Source of the DNA: an uncultured Clostridium sp.
GTDB taxonomy: Bacteria > Bacillota_I > Bacilli_A > RF39 > UBA660
Length of the DNA: 64,000 bases
Reading direction: 5' to 3'
Assembly: GCA_946402315.1 (NCBI GenBank)
Contig: CAMIWC010000002.1
Coordinates: 36,432-100,431, forward strand
Below, piece by piece: positions 19,058 to 26,250 of this stretch. The position numbers and the translations under genes were made by a program. A model generated the notes under the pieces. That model made no database searches, was not told the origin of the DNA, and saw only the letters and a list, made by a program, of their open reading frames with translations. Each line of letters opens with the position of its first letter. Position 1 is the first letter of the stretch.

Positions 19058-20155
19058 ATGACGGAAAATGATTTAATAAAAGTTAAAGCAGAAATGATAT
19101 GTCACGGGATTTTAGCAACGCCATTGGCTGAAGAAATATTTAAAGTTCAGAATCCATATGACATGCATAAGCAAGGAAGATATTTTGGTATCATGATGAA
19201 ACTTAATGATGAGTTAGGTGTTTTATCAAATGTATCATATATTGATAATGATGATATAAAATACAAACTTGTTGGAGATAAAGATGATGTATGGTTAGCA
19301 GATAAAGATGATAATCGTATTTGTAAAGTAACATATATTCATGCTCCAAAATGGTATGGAATGAAAACATCATCTGGTAAACCTACTTCAGAGGTTTTTA
19401 TTGATGAAGGAGAAAGATTCTTACATATGACATATTCTGGATGTGACTATGGAAAATGTGGATTAGGATGCAAGTTCTGTGGTTGTAATTCAGGTATTGA
19501 TAATCCTACATCAGATGAGATTGCTGAAACAGTTCATTTTGCAGATGGAGAAAGAAATTATCAAGTTTGTCTTGGGGGTGGTACAAGGTTACCTATTAAA
19601 AATAGTGTAGAATCTTTTGCTGAGATGATAAAAAAGATTCGCGCAAAATCTCCTGATATTCCGATTTGGGTTGAAATGGTTCCACCTACAAACGAAGAAA
19701 TCAAAGAGTTGGTTTCCTTAGGAGCTACTTCATTTGGTTTCAATATAGAAGTGTTCGATACTAACTTGAGAAAAGTAATTTGTCCTGGAAAAGGAGCAAT
19801 TGGTATTGATACATATATTGAAAGATCAAAATATGCTAATGAACTATTAGGTGGTAACAAAATTGGAAGTACTCTTATATGTGGTATCGCACCAGTTGAA
19901 ACAATAAAATTAGGTGTTGATGAATTAACAAAGAATGGTATTCATCCATGTATACTAGCTTTTAGACCATCTGAAGGATCAGAGTATGAAAGTTTAAAAG
20001 AATGTGACGCTGATACTTTTTATGATTGTAGTGATTATGCAGTTAAAAAGATGTTAGAACATGGTTTGGATATATTTAAAAACGAAGGATGCTTATTGTG
20101 TGAATATTGTACAATAATGCATGACTTAACAAGAAAATATGGAAAGGTGAAGTGA
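19058..20155 (+). CDS. Radical SAM enzyme (MSMEG_0568/biotin-synthase-like branch), function unknown
   Basis: CxxxCxxC in CGLGCKFC, GGG, FGFNIEVFD..LRKVICPGKG, AFRP..GS, C-terminal GCxxCxxC. Confidence 0.85.
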   Translation: MTENDLIKVKAEMICHGILATPLAEEIFKVQNPYDMHKQGRYFGIMMKLNDELGVLSNVSYIDNDDIKYKLVGDKDDVWLADKDDNRICKVTYIHAPKWYGMKTSSGKPTSEVFIDEGERFLHMTYSGCDYGKCGLGCKFCGCNSGIDNPTSDEIAETVHFADGERNYQVCLGGGTRLPIKNSVESFAEMIKKIRAKSPDIPIWVEMVPPTNEEIKELVSLGATSFGFNIEVFDTNLRKVICPGKGAIGIDTYIERSKYANELLGGNKIGSTLICGIAPVETIKLGVDELTKNGIHPCILAFRPSEGSEYESLKECDADTFYDCSDYAVKKMLEHGLDIFKNEGCLLCEYCTIMHDLTRKYGKVK

Positions 20156-20158
20156 TTT

Positions 20159-21082
20159 ATGGAATTATACGTTGTTGGTAGTAAAAAAGATTTTAATGAA
20201 GAACAATTAAAAAGATTAGAAGGTTTAGGACAATTAATATTTATTGAAGAAGTAAAAGATAAGTATAATGAACAATACGTTACTAGTAATGAAGAAAAAA
20301 TTATTGTTCTAGATCCAGATTTAGTTGGTTGGGAATTTCCTAACGATTTAATTGAGAAGATTAATAATTTAAAAGCAATTTGTTTAATGTCTACTGCTTT
20401 TAATTATATTGATATAGATTTTTGTAATGAGAAGGGTATAGTTGTTACAAATGTGCCAAAGTATTCAACTAACTCTGTAGCTGAATATGCAAGTTTCTTA
20501 ATGATGGCAGTTGCTAGAAAACTTCCATTACAAATGAAAAATGGTCCTAAAGATGATTATGCTGATACATATTGTGGAACTCAAGTAAGAGATAAAAAAA
20601 TAGGAATAATAGGTTTAGGAACTATTGGTACAAGAGTTGCTGAAATACTAACTGGTATGGGAATGGAAGTATTATATTGGTCAAGAACAAAAAGAGATAG
20701 TAGATTTAAATATGTAGAATTAGAAGAATTGTTTAAATCAGTTGATTTCATTTTTCCAACATTCTCTATAAATGAAGATACATTAAAAATTATTACAGAT
20801 AGTTTAATTAATTCAATGAAACCATCAGCAAGTATTATTAGTATAGTAGGTACTGATTGTATGAACAAAGAATTAGTATTGAATAAAGTAAAAGAAAACC
20901 AATTATATGGTTTTGCTTTTGAAAGTGATAAAGAGAGTATAAATGATTATGAAGGAAATGTAATGATTACTCCACATTATGCTTGGTATACTAAAGATTC
21001 TCTAGAGAATTGTATTGAAATTTGGGTACAATCTGTTGAAGGTATTGCTAAAGGAAATCTTGTTAATGTAGTAAAAAACTAG
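20159..21082 (+). CDS. D-isomer-specific 2-hydroxyacid dehydrogenase family protein
   Basis: GIVVTNVPKYSTNSVAEY, Rossmann GIIGLGTIG, ITPHYAWYT. Confidence 0.85.
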   Translation: MELYVVGSKKDFNEEQLKRLEGLGQLIFIEEVKDKYNEQYVTSNEEKIIVLDPDLVGWEFPNDLIEKINNLKAICLMSTAFNYIDIDFCNEKGIVVTNVPKYSTNSVAEYASFLMMAVARKLPLQMKNGPKDDYADTYCGTQVRDKKIGIIGLGTIGTRVAEILTGMGMEVLYWSRTKRDSRFKYVELEELFKSVDFIFPTFSINEDTLKIITDSLINSMKPSASIISIVGTDCMNKELVLNKVKENQLYGFAFESDKESINDYEGNVMITPHYAWYTKDSLENCIEIWVQSVEGIAKGNLVNVVKN

Positions 21083-21100
21083 TCATATGACTAGTTTTTT
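21073..21100. terminator. Bidirectional terminator between convergent genes
   Basis: Perfect 28-bp palindrome AAAAAACTAGTCATATGACTAGTTTTTT. Confidence 0.8.
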
Positions 21101-21546
21101 TATTTACTATATTTATTAATGAATCTTGTAAAATTCTCTGTTTGATATGGAATAGTACTCTCAACTATTTTAGCTAATAACTTATGTGATTTATTAGTAG
21201 TTGTATCAATACTTATTCTTTTGCTTTTTGAATTTAATAAAGCAGCATTCTTAACAGTAATATTTTTAATTTCACTATTAGGAATAAATGTATAACTATT
21301 TTTATCTAGATTCATTTTAGCTATATTTAAAGTAAATGGTATTCCTGGTTGTTTTAAATAAAAGAAACCAATTCCTGTATCTGTTTGATTTATTAATAAT
21401 GCATCATATGGATATTCCATACCATTTACAAATCCTGATGATTTTTGCATATCTTTATATGCTATAAAGTAATTATTTTCATTACCTCTACATCCAACAC
21501 TATCAAATAATTGAATCACTTTGTTTAATTCATTAAATTCATCCAT
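21100..21546 (-). CDS. Hypothetical protein, possibly PH-like fold
   Basis: 148-aa ORF with RBS GAGGTGA on the minus strand; FIPNSEIKNITVK pattern. Confidence 0.65.
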   Translation of the reverse strand: MDEFNELNKVIQLFDSVGCRGNENNYFIAYKDMQKSSGFVNGMEYPYDALLINQTDTGIGFFYLKQPGIPFTLNIAKMNLDKNSYTFIPNSEIKNITVKNAALLNSKSKRISIDTTTNKSHKLLAKIVESTIPYQTENFTRFINKYSK

Positions 21547-21619
21547 TGTTTCACCTCTATATTTTTATAATACTACGAATAATTTATATATGCTATAATT
21601 ATCAATAAGGAGAATAAAT

Positions 21620-22906
21620 ATGAGTAAAAAATTATTATATGATACTAATGAAAAACCACCATTGATACAGACATTAATACTTGCATTTCAACATGTATTT
21701 GCAATGTTTGGAGCTACTATATTAGTTCCAATAACAATTAATGAAACAGCTGGTTGTGAAGTAATACCTGTTTCAACAGCATTACTTGCTAGTGGAATAG
21801 GAACTCTTCTATATATTCTATGTACTAAAAGAAAGTCGCCTGTTTATTTAGGTAGTTCATTTGCTTTTGTTACACCGGTAATAATTGCTTTTGGTAAGGG
21901 GGGAATATCTGCTGTAACAACTGGATTAATAACAGTTGGATTAATCTATATAATTGTCGCATTATTAATTAAATTAATTGGAAAATCTTGGATAGATCAT
22001 TTACTACCACCTGTAGTAATTGGACCTATGATTATGATTATTGGATTATCTCTAGCACCTAATGCTATTAAACAAATAGGTTTAACTGGAGATAGCTTAG
22101 TTTGGCAAAATCTATTAGTTGCTTTTGTATCTTTCTTTGTAACAATAGTATTTGCTATCTATGCTAAAGGATTCTTAAAAGTAATACCATTCTTATTAGG
22201 AATAATAAATGGATATATCTTATCTATTGCTTTAGGAATAGTAGATTTTGGAGTAGTAAGTGATACTGGTATATTATCTGTTCCAAGAATACTAGTACCA
22301 TTTAAAGATTATTCATTTAGTTTTATTGGAATAGTTATAATTGCTCCAATAGCACTTGTATCAATTGCTGAGCATATCGGAGATCATATGGCTTTATCAA
22401 GTATAATTGGAAAAGATTTAATTAAAGATCCCGGACTAGATAGAACACTTTTAGGAGATGGAGTTGCGACTACAGTAGCTGGTTTAATCGGTGGTCCTGC
22501 TAATACAACATATGGTGAAAATACTAGTGTAGTAGGAATGAGTAGAGTAGCATCTATTTTTGTTATATCTTTAGCTGCAATTATTTCAATTATCTTATCA
22601 TTCTTTGAAGTAGTTTCAGCAGTTTTATCAACAATACCTTCTCCAGTATTAGGCGGAGTATCATTATTACTATATGGATTCATATCAGTAAATGGTTTAA
22701 AGGTATTAATAGAAAATAAAGTAGATTATAATAATTTAAAAAATGTAATAATTACATCAACAATGTTATTATTTGGATTAGGAGGAGCAATGGTAACTAT
22801 ATCAGCTGGAGATTTATCAGTATCAATTACAGGTATGAGTTTAGCTGCGATAGTTGGAATATTATTAAATTTAATTTTAGGACCAGAAACAAATAATAAA
22901 AAATAA
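21620..22906 (+). CDS. Uracil/xanthine permease (NCS2 family, UraA/PyrP-like)
   Basis: FQHVFAMFGATILVP, YLGSSFAF, EHIGDH, GGPANTTYGENT signature. Confidence 0.92.
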   Translation: MSKKLLYDTNEKPPLIQTLILAFQHVFAMFGATILVPITINETAGCEVIPVSTALLASGIGTLLYILCTKRKSPVYLGSSFAFVTPVIIAFGKGGISAVTTGLITVGLIYIIVALLIKLIGKSWIDHLLPPVVIGPMIMIIGLSLAPNAIKQIGLTGDSLVWQNLLVAFVSFFVTIVFAIYAKGFLKVIPFLLGIINGYILSIALGIVDFGVVSDTGILSVPRILVPFKDYSFSFIGIVIIAPIALVSIAEHIGDHMALSSIIGKDLIKDPGLDRTLLGDGVATTVAGLIGGPANTTYGENTSVVGMSRVASIFVISLAAIISIILSFFEVVSAVLSTIPSPVLGGVSLLLYGFISVNGLKVLIENKVDYNNLKNVIITSTMLLFGLGGAMVTISAGDLSVSITGMSLAAIVGILLNLILGPETNNKK

Positions 22907-22932
22907 AGAATTAGTTAACTAATTCTTTTTTT
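22905..22932 (+). terminator. Terminator
   Basis: Perfect palindrome AAAGAATTAGTTAACTAATTCTTT plus T-run. Confidence 0.75.
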
Positions 22933-22973
22933 ATTTAATATAGTATTATATAATATAGAAACAGGAGGGTTTT

Positions 22974-23189
22974 ATGATTAGACATTTAAAGATAGTAGAA
23001 AGATTATTAAGCTGTAATTATGGAGTAGGAGTTTTTCATAAAGACGTTCATTATATTCCAAATTTTAGATTAAATAAAAGTAATATTGATGTTCCTAGAG
23101 ATACCCGTAAAAGAGAATATAGAATGATTCCTAAAAAAGGACATGAAAAAGAACGTCAATACGTTAAAAAAAAGAGAGACTTTCAATAG
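22974..23189 (+). CDS. Small basic hypothetical protein (71 aa)
   Basis: RBS AGGAGGG, upstream TATAAT, terminator hairpin over its stop. Confidence 0.55.
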   Translation: MIRHLKIVERLLSCNYGVGVFHKDVHYIPNFRLNKSNIDVPRDTRKREYRMIPKKGHEKERQYVKKKRDFQ

Positions 23190-23201
23190 TTTCTCTTTTT
23201 T
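23166..23201. terminator. Bidirectional terminator
   Basis: AAAAAAAGAGAGAC-loop-GTTTCTCTTTTT between convergent ORFs. Confidence 0.6.
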
Positions 23202-23817
23202 ATTTAACTATAAATTCAATTGAAGTTCCATCAACCCAGAAATTTGGATTATAGTCTATTACAATACTAGTAGCATCTTTAGGTACTTCCCAGAAAACCC
23301 ATCCAATAGTCTTCTTTCCTTTTCCAATTGTATCAGTAATTGTTTTATAATCATTACCAGACCAAATATATTCTTCACATTCCACATTATCAGCACTCAT
23401 ATTAAAGTCATATGATGTAACATATTCTTCATCCGAATCACCTATGTTTTCAACTTCAAATTTTACTGCTACTATTCTCATTCCTTGAGCAGGTGCAAAG
23501 TATCCATCATATTTAGTCCATCCATCTATAACTTCTAGCATTGTAACTTTTGTATAGCTGTTTTCAAAAGTTTCATTTAGTTTAAATTTAGTTTTTCCAT
23601 TCTTATCTTTATATGAATTCTCAGTTTCTTTAACAGCTTCATCAACAGCATTTGCACAACCATTTACGCAAGCAACTAATCCAAAAAAGATAATAGCTAG
23701 AACGATAAGTATTTTTGCCCAAGTAGGCAATCCTAACTTACCTCCACATTTTGGACATCTTTTTGCATTCTTTGCAACTTGTTCTCCACAATATTTACAA
23801 TTTTTAATTTTTGCCAT
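23200..23817 (-). CDS. Zinc-ribbon, TM and DUF4352-like extracellular domain protein
   Basis: CKYCG...CPKCG, TM helix, VAVKFEVEN...GWVFWEVPKDA. Confidence 0.75.
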   Translation of the reverse strand: MAKIKNCKYCGEQVAKNAKRCPKCGGKLGLPTWAKILIVLAIIFFGLVACVNGCANAVDEAVKETENSYKDKNGKTKFKLNETFENSYTKVTMLEVIDGWTKYDGYFAPAQGMRIVAVKFEVENIGDSDEEYVTSYDFNMSADNVECEEYIWSGNDYKTITDTIGKGKKTIGWVFWEVPKDATSIVIDYNPNFWVDGTSIEFIVK

Positions 23818-23863
23818 TTTTAAACTCCTTTCTATATTTATTTTATATTTTTTATTATGCTTA

Positions 23864-23888
23864 TTCCCGGACTTGATAGTTCCCGGAC
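23864..23888. repeat. Direct repeat TTCCCGGAC x2 at 16-bp spacing; candidate operator
   Basis: TTCCCGGAC at 23864-23872 and 23880-23888 in an otherwise very AT-rich divergent intergenic region. Confidence 0.7.
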
Positions 23889-23931
23889 ATTTTAGTCTTT
23901 TAAAAGTAATTATATTATTGAGGTGAATATA

Positions 23932-24174
23932 ATGACTACTTTTAAAAGAGATTTTGATTTTGATAATGATTTTATGAAAAGAGTTTCTAATAATATAAGA
24001 AAATATAGATTACTAGCAGGTATAACTCAAGAACAATTAGCTGTAGATGTAGAAAAAAGCTATGACTTTATTAGAAGACTCGAATATAAAAAAGGAGAGA
24101 TAGGTTGTTCATTAGAAACTTTATATAGAATTTCTATTGTATTAGGTGTATCTATCGATAAATTTTTTGAATAA
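23932..24174 (+). CDS. XRE-family HTH transcriptional regulator
   Basis: NIRKYR...GITQEQLA...IRRLE...SLETLYRISIVLGVSIDKFF; ATG at 23932 after GAGGTGA. Confidence 0.85.
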   Translation: MTTFKRDFDFDNDFMKRVSNNIRKYRLLAGITQEQLAVDVEKSYDFIRRLEYKKGEIGCSLETLYRISIVLGVSIDKFFE

Positions 24175-24201
24175 AAAAGACAACTATATATAGTTGTTTT
24201 T
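24175..24201 (+). terminator. Terminator
   Basis: ACAACTATATATAGTTGT palindrome plus T-run. Confidence 0.65.
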
Positions 24202-24246
24202 CTATTAAATAATATAAAAATATAATATAATAATAACGGTGATTTT

Positions 24247-25128
24247 ATGTATAGTTTGATTACATTTTTATGTTGGGGAATAGCTGATCTATTCTATAAA
24301 AAAGGAAATGTTAGTAAAGAAAAGTATAATGAATTAAAAACTGGTTTAATAGTTGGTTTAGTAATGGGATTACATGCAACTATATATTTAATTGTTAAAG
24401 GACTTAATTTAAATCTAATAGAAATGATTAAATATCTACCTGTATCATTATGTTATATATCTTCAATGATATTAGGATATAAAGGACTTAAGTACTTAGA
24501 ATTATCTTTATCTAGTCCTATTCAAAATACATCAGGAGTAATTACTTCTTTGTTATTATTGTTATTCTTTAAAGAAAAGTATCCTTTGATTGCTTATATA
24601 GGAATAATATTAGTATTTATTGGAATAATTATTATTTCTCGTTTAGAAAGAAAAGAAGATAGAAGCACAAAACTAAATATAAGTAAGAATAGAAAAATAA
24701 ATATCTTAATTATTATCTTTCCTATTATGTATTGTATTTTAGATGGAATGGGTACATTTTTAGATGCTTTATATTTAGATAAGTTTGGTCTAATTAGTGA
24801 AGATAGTGCGTTGATATGTTATGAATATACATTTTTATTATATGCCTTTATTACTTATATATTTTTAAAGAAGAAAAAAGAAAAGATTAGAGTAATAAAA
24901 GATATAGATAAATTACTCGCAGCTGAATTAGAAACATTAGGTCAATTCTTTTATGTTTTTGCGATGGCTAAAGATTCTACTATAGGTGCTACTATAATAG
25001 GTTCTTATTGTTTATTATCATTAGTTTTATCTCATATATTTTTAAAAGAAAAGCTATCTATTGGTAAATATATTGGTTTATTAATAGCTTTTTCTGGTTT
25101 AATTATTCTAACTATTTTAGATATCTAA
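24247..25128 (+). CDS. EamA/DMT-family transporter
   Basis: About 10 TMs in two repeats; LELSLSSPIQNTS, IFLKEKL motifs. Confidence 0.8.
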   Translation: MYSLITFLCWGIADLFYKKGNVSKEKYNELKTGLIVGLVMGLHATIYLIVKGLNLNLIEMIKYLPVSLCYISSMILGYKGLKYLELSLSSPIQNTSGVITSLLLLLFFKEKYPLIAYIGIILVFIGIIIISRLERKEDRSTKLNISKNRKINILIIIFPIMYCILDGMGTFLDALYLDKFGLISEDSALICYEYTFLLYAFITYIFLKKKKEKIRVIKDIDKLLAAELETLGQFFYVFAMAKDSTIGATIIGSYCLLSLVLSHIFLKEKLSIGKYIGLLIAFSGLIILTILDI

Positions 25129-25158
25129 TTTATGATATAATGATAATAGGTGAATAAT

Positions 25159-25893
25159 ATGACAAATATATTTGAACAACGTAAGATTAAATTAATAAAG
25201 AATAAAGTTTATGCGATAATAGCTGATGCCTTAGAACATAATAGATTTTCTTTGTTTATGTCACATGAATTTCAAAGAATAATGGATGATCCTAAAATGT
25301 CTTATGAAAACCTAAGTTATTTTTATGACTTGTATGGTCAATGGGATAAAGAGTGTCATCTGCCTAACGATTTTGGAGTATTTTTAGATGATTTAGCTCT
25401 AGATCAAACTAGAATAATTGGAGTTCGTCGTGTTAGATTTGATAATCCTGATGATTTGATAGATGTTATGAGAAATGGTTCAACTAATTATGGACATAAA
25501 AACGCAGTTGGCGGAGGAGCAGATATGAAGTTGCCGCCACCATCATTGTCGTTTACACCATTTAGAGGAAGATTAGCTGATTATATTAATTTAGTAGGTA
25601 GTTATGGTGGAAATAATATTTTTTCTCAAATTGAAGGACTTGATTCAAAAGAATTTGATACTTCTAATAATATAGTAATATTTGCAGAATTCCCAAGAGA
25701 TATCATAGATGATGATTTAGGAATCATAGATAAATCTAGAATTGATGAAGTATATGATAGAAGTGGAAATGATCCTAAAGTTAGACCAGAACATTTAATT
25801 GGTGCGACTATAAAAAATAAAGATGGACTGGATACTTACTATACTAAAAGCGAAATAATATCTTATAAAGATAATGGAGGAAAGGTGGCTTAA
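25159..25893 (+). CDS. Hypothetical cytoplasmic protein, possible ADP-ribosyltransferase-like fold
   Basis: RBS AGGTGA, TGnTATAAT promoter, no signal peptide; IGVRR...DVMRNG, SLSFT, VRPEHLIG motifs. Confidence 0.6.
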   Translation: MTNIFEQRKIKLIKNKVYAIIADALEHNRFSLFMSHEFQRIMDDPKMSYENLSYFYDLYGQWDKECHLPNDFGVFLDDLALDQTRIIGVRRVRFDNPDDLIDVMRNGSTNYGHKNAVGGGADMKLPPPSLSFTPFRGRLADYINLVGSYGGNNIFSQIEGLDSKEFDTSNNIVIFAEFPRDIIDDDLGIIDKSRIDEVYDRSGNDPKVRPEHLIGATIKNKDGLDTYYTKSEIISYKDNGGKVA

Positions 25894-25894
25894 T

Positions 25895-26191
25895 ATGAAA
25901 AAAACAATTATAAAAGTTTTAATAGGAGTTGCTATTTTTATAGCAATCATTGTTGCAATAGTTTTATATGTAATTGGTACATCTAAAAAGTTTGTTTGTA
26001 CTGGAGATCAAGGATCAATTACTCTTTATTATAAAGATGGTAAAATAACTGGTTATAAAGGTAATGGATATTCATACGATTTAGATGAACAACAAGAAAT
26101 AGCTGAAAGAATAGGTATAGATACTTATTTAGAAGAATTTAATTCTTGGTTTTTAGCTAATTCTACTAATGGTAAATGTGAGAAAAAATAG
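25895..26191 (+). CDS. Small membrane-anchored protein with N- and C-terminal Cys (YehR/DUF1307-like)
   Basis: RBS AAGGTGG, ATG at 25895, TM, KFVC...NGKC. Confidence 0.65.
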   Translation: MKKTIIKVLIGVAIFIAIIVAIVLYVIGTSKKFVCTGDQGSITLYYKDGKITGYKGNGYSYDLDEQQEIAERIGIDTYLEEFNSWFLANSTNGKCEKK

Positions 26192-26211
26192 AAGAGTAAT
26201 CTTCTATTTTT
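26188..26211 (+). terminator. Terminator
   Basis: ATAGAAGA-GTAA-TCTTCTATTTTT. Confidence 0.7.
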
Positions 26212-26250
26212 GTTTATAAAAAGATATAATTAAGTAAAGGAAGTGATATT

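Noticed and set aside
21547-21619. PyrR attenuator or purine riboswitch upstream of the uracil permease
   Set aside because: The spacer is only about 70 bp and holds two divergent RBS/promoter sets with no leader hairpins
23932-24174. Prophage repressor or toxin-antitoxin antitoxin
   Set aside because: No phage genes or adjacent toxin-like ORF; the gene is followed by its own terminator
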